Positions 26,132-40,268 are shown, counted from the first letter of the stretch. The stretch is DNA of 64,000 nucleotides from Eledone cirrhosa (GCA_964016885.1 OZ024750.1:3100001-3164000); one strand, 5' to 3'. The notes: generated by a model not told the origin, from the sequence alone. Numbers and translations are program-made.

Positions 26132-27399
26132 ACAAATGGAAACATTACTCAACAAATTTCTTTTTTAAAACTTTCCACATTATTACAACTGAAAATTATT
26201 GAATATTTTTTTTACTGTATTTATTATTTAATACAGCAGTCTCCTTACTGTCTCAAAATGTTTGTATCTTCACATGACCCTGTTTAAAATGATAATTATA
26301 TTAAGATAAACTAGCTTTTAATCTCTCAATATCTAATAAAACATTTCACTAAATCCCTTTTTTATATGGAAAATATTTTGAGATAAACTAATATTCATAT
26401 TTAATACAATGCATTTAAAGTTCTACTGATGGGGGGAAAAACAATATGAACTGGTGATCAGATGAAGTGCACGTATTACCTCACAAATAATCAATTCATA
26501 CACCAAGAAGAGAAAAGAAAATTATAAAAAATCTCAGGTAAGATCTACAAAATGAAAATATTTGTGGGGAAGTGGAAGACATAAAGCCATTTTTATAAAG
26601 GAATGTTATGACAGAATTATGCTAAAGCTTTATTTTCTTTTTACTAATATGTCTTAACCTATGACAGATTTGAAATTAACTCAATCTCATACTATAGACC
26701 AGTGGTTCCTAAACTTATTTTCATGTGGAACTGTTATACAATTTTCTAAAAAAAATCATACACACCAAAACTACATTTTTATGGACAACCACCACCGCCA
26801 TCTTTTTAATAAGACATAAGATGAGATAAAAATTGTTTTGGAGAAAGAATTTATTCATATAAAAAAAAAAAAGAATTTCTATTAAGTTTTATTAAAAGAC
26901 ATCTTATCTTGTGCTATAGACATTGACCAATTTATGAGCTGTGCCAATAGTGCTGCTGCTGCCACTACTACTACCACCACCACCACCACCACACAACTAA
27001 GGTATCAAAGCAATATAACAAGAGTACCATGTGTATATATACATTTTACTGGGCCAGCATGGATTGGTGGGTTGGTTTCTGTTGGAGTAATTTTCACAGC
27101 TTCACGCATTTCTTATTGCTACCTACTTAACCATGATGTAGGAATGGAACCTGTTTTTGTAGTCAGGTCAACTGGAGCAAGTAGAATTATGTGCCTAGTA
27201 TAGGGACACAGCACAACAACTGCTGTGATAAGGACTGAAATCATAGCTATGTTATTTAGTACATTTACTATACAGCCTGTGACAAATAGGAAGGCACTTA
27301 AAGTTATGCACTGAAGAAAATAATTTTTGCACATCAGAGAAGATTTCTAATCTGTATTTCAAGTAAGTACTCTACTAAATAGAATCAGTTTTATCTATG

Positions 27400-28430
27400 T
27401 GTGACCTTAAACTACAAAAAGATGAGAAGCTAGAGAAATAGTACATTGAATTAGAAAAACATACATTTTATTAGAGGAATAGAACAACCCATCTAAAAGA
27501 TGTTAAATTGAACCATAATGTATTGAAAGTATTAAGTTAGAGCATAGGTATAAATACTAAGGAACTATGACAAGAGCAGTCAAAATATCTGAAAAGTAAA
27601 TGGATCAGATTATAAAAATATCACACAGGGGTTTTACTATCATTAGATAATTAACTTAATAGCAGAAACATGATAACAAATGTCAATAGAGTTGTTATAA
27701 AAACATCATAAACTGGAAGTTAATTAAAAATACGGTGGAGAAAGCTTTGATATGAACACAAGAAATTTACTGTGGGTATTCTGAAGCTATCTTTAAAGTT
27801 GATGTAACATATATCTTCAATGTGCACAAGGAAGGAAGAACCATTACACAAATAGAATATTATAAGATAACCACAGTGGAACAATACTTAGAAAGTTCTA
27901 TCAGCAACTTCAATAGAAAGGTATGGATATTACAGTCTTTGAGGCAAGTTGCTGGAGAAAGATATAGTTATGGTGATTGCTTTTGAGCTTTCACCCTAAA
28001 AGAATTTGAACTAAACCTGCCAAGCCTACAAAACAGCCGACGTTTTGTTGGGGATAATGATGATAGCAGTAATTTATAATTAATAGTAATAGATACCAGT
28101 AATTTAGATAGTATAATTAGTAGAAATTCATAATTACATAACCTTAAATTAGAATTAATCATTAAAAAATTATTAAATCTAGATTTCATCTTGGAAACAC
28201 AACAAATTACAGTAAACATGCAAGGAATCAGTTTCTGTCTATCTTGGTGAAAGAGTACACAATTTTCTACCATTTAGCCATTTAAAACTACTGAATATAG
28301 ACTTACTATAAACCATAATAATAAATTCATCATAGTCGGAATAGAGTGAACAATCCAACAGAATCTTCTTAGTTAACTTTGTCTAGGAGATTCTTTTGTT
28401 TATATCTACAGGCATGAGCTAGTTAAAGAT
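27400..28430 (+). mobile_element. Highly decayed LINE RT region
   Basis: gagaaagctttgat (EKAFD-like with a frameshift), followed in order by LRQ-like and ADD-like remnants. Many stops. Confidence 0.4.
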
Positions 28431-29000
28431 AAAAAATGCTAGAAATTATCTAAACTTAGAAGAGGAAGAGACTGAAATGAAAGGAAAACGGCTATTTTAA
28501 GTTAATTTAGCAAGAAGCGCCTACAAGAAAGAGAGAGATGCCTGTCTGTATTTGTATTTTTCGCTTTTTGGGATTTACAAATTTCATGCACGAGTTGAAT
28601 TGATGTACAAAATATTTGCAAATTTTTGCTTATTTATGTATTTCAAGAAATCTCCATGTTTGTTTGCTCCCCCTCCCCAACCCCCCGCCATCCCCACCAC
28701 AAATAACCCACAAGCAAAAACAGCACTTATCCTGAATGGCCCAGTAAATATATAATTTGTGAATGACACACACACACATATATACACATGTATATATATA
28801 TATATGTGTAAGCAAATTGTTTGAAATGCCTGCTGTCTCATAGAATCTTTTCTTTCACTTAGACAATAGTAAAGTAAATAAAACTGTACAATAATGATAA
28901 CATTCTGAAATAAAACTTAAATAATGTTGAGATATAAATTATTTGAGGCATATAATAACTCTAGTCATTGCAGTATATATACTTGCACAGGACTGGCTAG

Positions 29001-29187
29001 ATAATTGTTTCTACTTTTGGCAGAAGGCCAGCAATTACCCAGTACATTACTGGTACTTTATTTTATCGACCCCGTAAAGATGAAAGGCAAAGTCAACCTC
29101 AGCGGGATTTGAACTCAGATCGTAAAGGGACGTAACTATGCTAGAAAGCATGGCGTCCGACCCTCTACCTATACTGCCAATCCACCA
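29001..29187 (-). mobile_element. SINE family A copy
   Basis: Colinear with 31804-31990. Confidence 0.78.
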
Positions 29188-31336
29188 TGGGACTTAATTT
29201 TGTATGACAGAATAATTAAACTCATGTATGATGGCTTGTATTCAAAAACTACAGGTAAACATAGAGACAAAAATATAGATAAACATATAAGTTTGTATTA
29301 AATCCAGGAAAAAATTGGGGAAAATTACCATACTGTCTAAAAAGTGCCTTCATTTTCAAAATGTAGCAAAGAAATGAAAAGGAAGTCGGTAGCCACACGA
29401 AGGATGTAGTGGGGTTAAGATAGAATGGCGAGGAGGAATTATCACCAAAATAACTAGCAACTGAGGCTCCTATGAAATGAAGACTATGGATTGCTCAGAT
29501 GAGTTACCAGAAGATAGTTTCAACTGCCTAGTTGCTAGAAGTGGACTACTGGAATAGCTCTTCCAGCACATCTACCTCACCATCCTTTGGGGAAACCCCT
29601 TCTCTATTCTGTCTGCTGGGGTCACAGGGCAGACAGCGTGTGGGCACCCATTTGTTCATAATAGTGAGAGATGAGAAGAGCAGGAGAGATAAGAGACAGT
29701 GGGAGTTTGGTTCCCTTGTGTTCGGACCTGGTGTATATTTATATATTTATTTACCATACCACATGTTGCAGCGCAGGAAAGAAGAGGAAGAAGTTAAGGG
29801 AGCTTATTACATCTACTGTTCAGATTAAAGAATTAGAGGGTCTATAATTGCATATATGTGTTAACAAAGATGCTTATGTTCTTTCGAGCTAATTCTAAAC
29901 TTAATAAACACCAAATATCTGCTTTCTTCTTCGAAGAGGATCTTTTTACTTATCTTATAATAGAGTTTAAATTTAATTCTGTGCTGCCAGTCTTCACAGA
30001 ATTATTTGTTTAAAATATTTCAAATAGGAATTAAATCAGAGACAATCTTCCTCCTAGAGTATAGTATACATTTAAATATCCTAGCTATTGAGCCTCATCT
30101 GTAATGACATTTTTATAGCTATTTCTACTTAAAGGACAATTTCATTACAATAAATTGAATTGTAAAATGAAGGGACTTCAATAACACTTATCCATTCAGA
30201 CATTAACATGAAGTTATTGCTTAGATTAAATGAGAAATGGTAGTGATATGATCAATGGATCAATACTTCAAATCAATAATCTAATATTTACTTTTATTTG
30301 CTTTATTTATTGGTTTGATGAATAATTCAATAGATGAAAACAAAACACAAAACAGAATCTCATAAAATATATTTTTTTGTTTTCAAAACATTTTTTTTTC
30401 TGTTACAGAAGAACAACTTTCTTGAAAGCATTGCAGGTTAAAAATTTGTAATATACTTTTAAATATATATATATATATATATTTCAATATTTGCAAATAT
30501 ATTAATTCCTTAAAGCAGAAATAATGAAATTACTTACAGACATTCACACATTGTGTCTATGCGTGAAGATGGAGTGGATGGGCATAGAGAATAGTTAAAA
30601 AGCAAAACCAAACAAATTCTAAAAAGAATTTTTCGCTCATTTTTTTTGTTTTTGTTAATAATATATTAAACTTCTTGAATTTTTTTTTTTTAATATGAAA
30701 TCTTTGTTTAAATATTTGTAATTAAGAAAAAAATATTAATTTCCTTTAGATAAAAGCCAGAACTAAAATATTCAACACCATCACAATGATGGTTATCATG
30801 AAATAATGAGTATTAAAGATATAGTGTGAATCAGTAATGTACAGAGTTTCAAACATAGGAGTTAAAAGTTTAAATCTGGCAGTTTATGCTCAATTAAAAG
30901 CACATTTTTTCACTGCTTTAGTCAACCAAGTTGAAAAATAGACACCATTTCACTCTTGATTCAAAAAACATCCAGCAGTAAAATACTTATCTAATTAAAC
31001 ACATGTGAAAAGATTCAACTTCTCATTCATCCAGAAATAGATACAAACCTTAAAAAACCAAGTATTTTAAGGGTGTTACACCCCTTTAACAAAATGTGAT
31101 TCTTAAGATTTCACTCACAGTTAGCAGCTTCATTTTCAATATTACATTTCATTTAAACCTTACAGAAAACAGTACAACTCCCAAGACTTTCGGAAACAGT
31201 TTTTCATGCTTGGAAATTTCAACTCCGCTTATTAATAACTGCATTGTTTCTTACTAGGGACTTATGTCGAAAAATAAACCTCATCTGGTCATTGCATGAG
31301 AGTATCTTGAACATTTCTACCAAAACTCGTATATAA

Positions 31337-31368
<32 letters not shown>

Positions 31369-31599
31369 TACAGTTTTGCAAGAGATGTCAACATGAATGG
31401 ACCTGTTATTTTTATCTAAAGAGATTTTTTTCAAATTCCATCCCACCCGTCCCCTCAATCTATCTTATTTCTCATTCTTTCTTCTGATGAAGGACTAGCA
31501 TCCAAAACGTTAAGACCCTTTTCCTGCTATATCAAGCATTAACCTAATATATCACTTCCATATACTGCACCGATTGTGTTATTATTTCTGTTTACCTTT

Positions 31600-31648
<49 letters not shown>

Positions 31649-31803
31649 TTAAATTAAAATGCCTCATTTGCAGTGATAAGATTGGTCAAGACATGAAGCT
31701 CATTGTTCATGTTTATGTGCATGTAATGTGTGTGTTGTGCACACAAGTATGGTTACCAGAAGACAATCAGAATTTACCGGAATTTTACTGATTGAAAGAT
31801 AAT

Positions 31804-32079
31804 TGTTTCTACTTTTGGCACAAGGCCAGCAATTATCCCAGTACATTACTGGTACTTTATTTTATCGACCCCCATAAGGATGAAAGGAAAAGTGAACCTC
31901 GGCGGATTTGAACTCAGACGGTAAAGGGACGTAACTATGCTAGAAAACATGGCGTCCAACTCTCTACTGATACTGCCAATCCACCGCCCTAGCATGGCGT
32001 CCGACTCTCTACTGATACTGCCAATCCACCGCCCTAGCATGGCGTCCGACTCTCTACTGATACTGCCAATCCGCCGCCC
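31804..32079 (-). mobile_element. SINE family A with triplicated 45-bp head and a perfect 19-bp TSD
   Basis: TTACTGATTGAAAGATAAT at 31785-31803 and 32080-32098. Three copies of catggcgtccractctctactgatactgccaatccrccgccct. Confidence 0.88.
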
Positions 32080-32461
32080 TTACTGATTGAAAGATAATGC
32101 TAGTGAAATTGCTAAAAGATCAATCATGAAACTATGATGGCAATTTCCCAATGGAAGCTTATTACCAGAATTAATTAATTTAGCATGTAATTATCTATCT
32201 ACAACAGCATTCAACACATAGAAAATAAGTTTAGATTTTCAAAAACTATTTTAAAATAAGACTAAAAAGATAGTATTATTAATATAACTGTCCTACTGAT
32301 TTTTGGCACAAAATATTTAAAAATAGGAAATGATAGAGAAGAAATTGTTAATTTTGTTGCTGAAGTTGTTACTAATGTTTCAACCTAATAAGTCAGCAAC
32401 AGTTAATGTCTATGATATAGAAAAACTTATTTTAACCCTTTTACTCTATATTAAATGGCTG

Positions 32462-32796
32462 TCATCATCATCATTTTACGTCCGCTTTTTCCTGCTTGCA
32501 AGGGTGGGACGGACATTGATTCTGGCTTGATTTCTACAGCTGGATGCCCTTCCTAACACCAACCTCATTTACAGTGAGTGCTGGGTGCTTTTTTGCCGTG
32601 GCACCTCCACGACCACTTTGCAGTGGAATGATAGGGACCCCAGTCCCTATCATCTCATTTCTACAGTTGAGTAAACTGGAGCAATGTGAAATAAAGTATC
32701 TTGCTCAAGGAAACAACACATCACCCGGTCTGAGAATTGAACTCACAACCTTTCGATTGCAAGGCCAATACTCTAACCACTAAGCCATGTGCCTCC
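32462..32796 (-). mobile_element. SINE family B (tRNA head, CORE-like domain, RTE-derived tail), internally deleted
   Basis: Near-identical to 53472-53860. Confidence 0.82.
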
Positions 32797-32965
32797 ATGG
32801 CTTGTGTAAATGGCATAGCATTCTACACACACATGTATCCTTAACATAATTCTCTGGGAGATTTCCCATGACAGTGTGTGACAAAGCTGGCTCATGCTGG
32901 AGCACAACTCACTTTTTATTTTCTAGTTGAGCAGACTGGAGCTACAGGATGAAGATGGTGAGGAC

Positions 32966-33526
32966 ATTGGTGGCGGTGGTGGTGGTAATGGTGGTGTGGT
33001 AGTGGTGGGGTGGTGGTAATGGTGGTGTGGTAGTGGTGTGGTGGTGGTAATGGTGGTGTGGTAGTGGTGGTGGTGTGGTGGTGGTAATGGTGGTGTGGTA
33101 GTGGTGGGGTGGTGGTAATGGTGGTGTGGTGGTGGTAATGGTGGTGTGGTAGTGGTGGTGGTGGTGGTAATGGTGGTGTGGTAGTGGTGGTGGTAATGGT
33201 GGTGTGGTTGTGGTGTGGTGGTGGTAATGGTGGTGTGGTAGTGGTGTGGTGGTGGTAATGGTGGTGTGGTAGTGGTGGTGGTGGTGGTAATGGTGGTGGT
33301 GGTGGTGGTGTGGTAGTGGTGTGGTGGTGGTAATGGTGGTGTGGTAGTGGTGTGGTGGTGGTAATGGTGGTGTGGTAGCGGTGGTGGTGGTGGTAATGGT
33401 GGTGGTGGTGGTGGTGTGGTGGTGGTGGTAATGGTGGTGTGGTGGTAATGGTGGTGTGGTAGTGGTGGTGGTAGTGGTGGTGGTAGTTGTGGTGTGGTAG
33501 TGGTGGTGGTGTGGTAGTGGTGGTGG
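32966..33526. repeat. (GGT)n-based compound microsatellite
   Basis: Iterated ggtggtaatggtggtgtggtagt. Confidence 0.9.
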
Positions 33527-33737
33527 AGAAAAAACTTATTTTAACCCTTTAGCATTCACATTACTTTATATCAAATGTGGAACCCTTTTTGGCTCAGAAA
33601 CTTTAGGGGATCCCCAAAGTCTAATATAAATATACTCCTCTACCTTTTATCATGGAACCCTAGACACTCCTTTGCAGAACCCACTTTAGGAACCATTACT
33701 CTATATACACTATTATATTTTTGTGGTAAAGTCTTTA

Positions 33738-34160
33738 TCTATATATAACTGAGGATGTCTGTCTGTGTGTGTGTGAGTTTGAATCCCTAAAACTAGAGAA
33801 GCACCCAACCGACTGTTTTCAAACTTTACATATGTAATACTTATGTCTGCATTACGCCACTTCCTACAATTCGCTCTGCGTCCAGAATGTGCCCTTATAA
33901 TATCTGTCTGTATGTCTGGCTATCTGCTGCCTCCGGTTATTCTGCCACCCGTGCTCAAGACAAATCTCACACTCATTCCCCAAACTGTTGGTAAGTGCAC
34001 ACAACTTCTTCCTCACGTTTTAAGCCACAGTGTTGCTTACTTACGTACCACCAGACCCTTACTTCTTTGCCAGCCATGGTTGTGGCAATACTAAGCTTAG
34101 CTAAGGCGGTTATATATTTCACAATACCTTATCCTGTGCAACGCCGGGTACCACTGCTAG
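33738..34160 (+). mobile_element. Non-autonomous Helitron
   Basis: A|TCTATATATAA 5' end followed by (GTCT)/(GT) repeats. 3' GC-rich hairpin remnant CCTGTGCAACGCCGGG, then CTAG|T. No TSD. Confidence 0.75.
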
Positions 34161-35261
34161 TCTCACATAAAATCGAATCTATGAGATTTTGATATGCCAA
34201 CCTTGTATCATTATGATTCTTTCACCAGCTCAATTCCCTGACTTAATTCTTCCTCCACTTCATATTCCTAACAAAAGATGTTAGTTCAACCCTTTACCAT
34301 TCACATTACTCTAGATTCATTATTGTATTTTAACAGTAAAGGCTTTATCTCATGTAATATCTAATCTACGAGATTTTGATGATACTATTTATTTTGAGAA
34401 CAATACGTTAACATCGATATGAGTGGCCAGTTACAGCCAGTTTGAAGAGAAAGAAATGAGAGAATTCTGGCCAAATACGGCCGGTTTTCACTGGTTAGTT
34501 GGTAAGGATAACAAAAATATCAACATACAGAAACCTATCTAATGCTATTGGGAGATTAAACACCATAGAAATACTTAGTATAAGGAAACTATACTATAAG
34601 CCTATAAGTAATAGCATTTATTATAGTATAATCTCCTAATCTTTGTCACAAACTATATTCTAAAGTTACAAACCACTGGCACTAGTACTTACTGTATCAT
34701 GATAGCAAACATATAAAAACATATAACAAGTCAACAAGAGAGTCGTAACCGGCTGTATCTGGCCATAATTCTCTCACCTCTTTCTGTTCAAACCGACCAT
34801 AACTGGTCACTCATACTGATGTTAAGGTATTGTTCTCAAAATAAATAATATCAAAATCTCATAAAATCGATATTATGTGAGATAATCATGCAAGGTAAAA
34901 CCTCTACCATGAAAATATAATAGTAAATATAGAGTAATGTGAATGCTAAAGGGTTAATGTAGTCACTCAACCTGCTAGAAATAGCAGCCAAATCTTTCTA
35001 AAATTACACCCTCAGCCATTGATATACAAAAAAGCAAAAACATAAGATGGTCATAATTTGGAAGTCTTTGATCATAGCTCTGCTTAACTAAGACTAACCT
35101 GGGCTAAAAACAACAACAACCACCACAAAAATATTAATCTCTATGAACTCCTAACTAAAACTCAACCACTGAGCTGTATTGGTATCACTGAAACTAAAGC
35201 AAGAACATTGAAAGATTTTTCTCATGTGGATCACATAAACAAATTTATATATCAAGGTGTG

Positions 35262-38200
35262 GTAGCAACTAGTAATTGTGGAGAGCTCCGCTGTCTTCTA
35301 CTGTAGCAACTAGTAATTGTGGAGAGCTACGCTGTCTTCTACTGTAGCAACTAGTAATTGTGGAGAGCTACGCTGTCTTTTACTGTAGCAACTAGTAATT
35401 GTGGAGAGCTTCACTGTCTTTTACTGTAGCAACAAGTAATTGTGGAGAGCTTCACTGTCTTCTACTGTAGCAACTAGTAATTGTGGAGAGCTTTGCTGTC
35501 TTCTACTGTAGCAACTAGTAATTGTGGAGAGCTTCACTGTCTTTTACTGTAGCAACAAGTAATTGTGGAGAGCTTCACTGTCTTTTACTGTAGCAACAAG
35601 TAATTGTGGAGAGCTTCACTGTCTTCTACTGTAGCAACTAGTAATTGTGGAGAGCTTTGCTGTCTTCTACTGTAGCAACTAGTAATTGTGGAGAGCTTCA
35701 CTGTCTTTTACTGTAGCAACAAGTAATTGTGGAGAGCTTCACTGTCTTTTACTGTAGCAACAAGTAATTGTGGAGAGCTTCACTGTCTTCTACTGTAGCA
35801 ACTAGTAATTGTGGAGAGCTTTGCTGTCTTCTACTGTAGCAACTAGTAATTGTGGAGAGCTTCACTGTCTTTTACTGTAGCAACTAGTAATTGTGGAGAG
35901 AGCTTTGCTGTCTTCTACTGTAGCAACAAGTAATTGTGGAGAGCTTTGCTGTCTTCTACTGTAGCAACTAGTAATTGTGGAGAGCTCCGCTGTCTTCTAC
36001 TGTAGCAACTAGTAATTGTGGAGAGCTCCGCTGTCTTCTACTGTAGCAACTAGTAATTGTGGAGAGCTTTGCTGTCTTCTACTGTAGCAACTAGTAATTG
36101 TGGAGAGCTCCGCTGTCTTCTACTGTAGCAACTAGTAATTGTGGAGAGCTACGCTGTCTTTTACTGTAGCAACTAGTAATTGTGGAGAGCTACGCTGTCT
36201 TTTACTGTAGCAACTAGTAATTGTGGAGAGCTCCGCTGTCGTCTACTGTAGCAACTAGTAATTGTGGAGAGCTTCACTGTCTTTTACTGTAGCAACTAGT
36301 AATTGTGGAGAGCTTCACTGTCTTTTACTGTAGCAACTAGTAATTGTGGAGAGCTCCGCTGTCTTCTACTGTAGCAACTAGTAATTGTGGAGAGAGCTCC
36401 TCTGTCTTCTACTGTAGCAACTAGTAATTGTGGAGAGCTCCGCTGTCTTCTACTGTAGCAACTAGTAATTGTGGAGAGCTTCACTGTCTTTTACTGTAGC
36501 AACAAGTAATTGTGGAGAGCTTCACTGTCTTTTACTGTAGCAACAAGTAATTGTGGAGAGCTTCACTGTCTTCTACTGTAGCAACTAGTAATTGTGGAGA
36601 GCTTTGCTGTCTTCTACTGTAGCAACTAGTAATTGTGGAGAGCTTCACTGTCTTTTACTGTAGCAACTAGTAATTGTGGAGAGAGCTTTGCTGTCTTCTA
36701 CTGTAGCAACAAGTAATTGTGGAGAGCTTTGCTGTCTTCTACTGTAGCAACTAGTAATTGTGGAGAGCTCCGCTGTCTTCTACTGTAGCAACTAGTAATT
36801 GTGGAGAGCTCCGCTGTCTTCTACTGTAGCAACTAGTAATTGTGGAGAGCTTTGCTGTCTTCTACTGTAGCAACTAGTAATTGTGGAGAGCTCCGCTGTC
36901 TTCTACTGTAGCAACTAGTAATTGTGGAGAGCTACGCTGTCTTTTACTGTAGCAACTAGTAATTGTGGAGAGAGCTCCGCTGTCTTTTACTGTAGCAACT
37001 AGTAATTGTGGAGAGCTCCGCTGTCTTCTACTGTAGCAACTAGTAATTGTGGAGAGCTTCACTGTCTTTTACTGTAGCAACTAGTAATTGTGGAGAGCTT
37101 CACTGTCTTTTACTGTAGCAACTAGTAATTGTGGAGAGCTCCGCTGTCTTCTACTGTAGCAACTAGTAATTGTGGAGAGAGCTCCTCTGTCTTCTACTGT
37201 AGCAACTAGTAATTGTGGAGAGCTCCGCTGTCTTCTACTGTAGCAACTAGTAATTGTGGAGAGCTCCGCTGTCTTCTACTGTAGCAACTAGTAATTGTGG
37301 AGAGCTTTGCTGTCTTCTACTGTAGCAACTAGTAATTGTGGAGAGCTCCGCTGTCTTCTACTGTAGCAACTAGTAATTGTGGAGAGCTCCGCTGTCTTCT
37401 ACTGTAGCAACTAGTAATTGTGGAGAGCTCCGCTGTCTTCTACTGTAGCAACTAGTAATTGTGGAGAGCTCCGCTGTCTTCTACTGTAGCAACTAGTAAT
37501 TGTGGAGAGCTCCGCTGTCTTCTACTGTAGCAACTAGTAATTGTGGAGAGCTCCGCTGTCTTCTACTGTAGCAACTAGTAATTGTGGAGAGCTCCGCTGT
37601 CTTCTACTGTAGCAACTAGTAATTGTGGAGAGCTCCGCTGTCTTCTACTGTAGCAACTAGTAATTGTGGAGAGCTCCGCTGTCTTCTACTGTAGCAACTA
37701 GTAATTGTGGAGAGCTCCGCTGTCTTCTACTGTAGCAACTAGTAATTGTGGAGAGCTCCGCTGTCTTCTACTGTAGCAACTAGTAATTGTGGAGAGCTCC
37801 GCTGTCTTCTACTGTAGCAACTAGTAATTGTGGAGAGCTCCGCTGTCTTCTACTGTAGCAACTAGTAATTGTGGAGAGCTTTGCTGTCTTCTACTGTAGC
37901 AACTAGTAATTGTGGAGAGCTCCGCTGTCTTCTACTGTAGCAACTAGTAATTGTGGAGAGCTACGCTGTCTTTTACTGTAGCAACTAGTAATTGTGGAGA
38001 GAGCTCCGCTGTCTTTTACTGTAGCAACTAGTAATTGTGGAGAGCTCCGCTGTCTTCTACTGTAGCAACTAGTAATTGTGGAGAGCTTCACTGTCTTTTA
38101 CTGTAGCAACTAGTAATTGTGGAGAGCTTCACTGTCTTTTACTGTAGCAACTAGTAATTGTGGAGAGCTCCGCTGTCTTCTACTGTAGCAACTAGTAATT

Positions 38201-39839
38201 GTGGAGAGAGCTCCTCTGTCTTCTACTGTAGCAACTAGTAATTGTGGAGAGCTCCGCTGTCTTCTACTGTAGCAACTAGTAATTGTGGAGAGCTCCGCTG
38301 TCTTCTACTGTAGCAACTAGTAATTGTGGAGAGCTTTGCTGTCTTCTACTGTAGCAACTAGTAATTGTGGAGAGCTCCGCTGTCTTCTACTGTAGCAACT
38401 AGTAATTGTGGAGAGCTCCGCTGTCTTCTACTGTAGCAACTAGTAATTGTGGAGAGCTCCGCTGTCTTCTACTGTAGCAACTAGTAATTGTGGAGAGCTC
38501 CGCTGTCTTCTACTGTAGCAACTAGTAATTGTGGAGAGCTCCGCTGTCTTCTACTGTAGCAACTAGTAATTGTGGAGAGCTCCGCTGTCTTCTACTGTAG
38601 CAACTAGTAATTGTGGAGAGCTCCGCTGTCTTCTACTGTAGCAACTAGTAATTGTGGAGAGCTCCGCTGTCTTCTACTGTAGCAACTAGTAATTGTGGAG
38701 AGCTCCGCTGTCTTCTACTGTAGCAACTAGTAATTGTGGAGAGCTCCGCTGTCTTCTACTGTAGCAACTAGTAATTGTGGAGAGCTCCTCTGTCTTCTAC
38801 TGTAGCAACTAGTAATTGTGGAGAGCTCCGCTGTCTTCTACTGTAGCAACTAGTAATTGTGGAGAGCTCCGCTGTCTTCTACTGTAGCAACTAGTAATTG
38901 TGGAGAGCTCCTCTGTCTTCTACTGTAGCAACTAGTAATTGTGGAGAGCTCCGCTGTCTTCTACTGTAGCAACTAGTAATTGTGGAGAGCTCCGCTGTCT
39001 TCTACTGTAGCAACTAGTAATTGTGGAGAGCTCCTCTGTCTTCTACTGTAGCAACTAGTAATTGTGGAGAGCTCCGCTGTCTTCTACTGTAGCAACTAGT
39101 AATTGTGGAGAGCTCCGCTGTCTTCTACTGTAGCAACTAGTAATTGTGGAGAGCTCCGCTGTCTTCTACTGTAGCAACTAGTAATTGTGGAGAGCTCCGC
39201 TGTCTTCTACTGTAGCAACTAGTAATTGTGGAGAGCTCCGCTGTCTTCTACTGTAGCAACTAGTAATTGTGGAGAGCTCCGCTGTCTTCTACTGTAGCAA
39301 CTAGTAATTGTGGAGAGCTCCGCTGTCTTCTACTGTAGCAACTAGTAATTGTGGAGAGCTCCTCTGTCTTCTACTGTAGCAACTAGTAATTGTGGAGAGC
39401 TCCGCTGTCTTCTACTGTAGCAACTAGTAATTGTGGAGAGCTCCGCTGTCTTCTACTGTAGCAACTAGTAATTGTGGAGAGCTCCTCTGTCTTCTACTGT
39501 AGCAACTAGTAATTGTGGAGAGCTCCGCTGTCTTCTACTGTAGCAACTAGTAATTGTGGAGAGCTCCGCTGTCTTCTACTGTAGCAACTAGTAATTGTGG
39601 AGAGCTCCTCTGTCTTCTACTGTAGCAACTAGTAATTGTGGAGAGCTCCGCTGTCTTCTACTGTAGCAACTAGTAATTGTGGAGAGCTCCGCTGTCTTCT
39701 ACTGTAGCAACTAGTAATTGTGGAGAGCTCCTCTGTCTTCTACTGTAGCAACTAGTAATTGTGGAGAGCTCCGCTGTCTTCTACTGTAGCAACTAGTAAT
39801 TGTGGAGAGCTCCGCTGTCTTCTACTGTAGCAACTAGTA
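35262..39839. repeat. 41-bp minisatellite, ~111 copies (4.6 kb)
   Basis: Unit GTAGCAACTAGTAATTGTGGAGAGCTCCGCTGTCTTCTACT, head to tail with no spacers. Confidence 0.97.
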
Positions 39840-39859
39840 GACGATCATACACAAACAAA

Positions 39860-39932
39860 AAAGGTAATAATGCTGACCTCTATAAAGGTAATAATGCTGA
39901 CCTCTATAAAGGTAATAATGCTGACCTCTATA
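39860..39932. repeat. 24-bp tandem repeat, 3 copies
   Basis: AAAGGTAATAATGCTGACCTCTAT three times. Confidence 0.9.
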
Positions 39933-40237
39933 CAGTACTCTTACGATACAAGAACCGGTACGTAACATATTGGAGTGCTCAACTTATGCACTACACTTAA
40001 ACTATCTTTATACCATAGATTTTTGAGAAATATTGATTTCTGGTGTAAGTACAGTACAAGGCAATATTAAGCTACCATTTCGTTTTTTATAGAGAAAAAC
40101 AAAAATTCTTATGTAACGTCCGTATATGTAATAAGTATTACATATTGTTACCATATTCTTTCTTTTGTGTGAGAATTAATAAAACCTGTTTTATTTCAAT
40201 CTTTCTTCAGCAATCCAGAAATATTTTTTTGAAAAAG

Positions 40238-40268
<31 letters not shown>

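Noticed and set aside
25665-26135. 156-aa repeat protein
   Set aside because: In-frame reading of a 48-bp MITE-terminus repeat.
35262-39839. CRISPR-like array
   Set aside because: Units are contiguous with no unique spacers, there are no cas genes, and the context is a eukaryotic intron.
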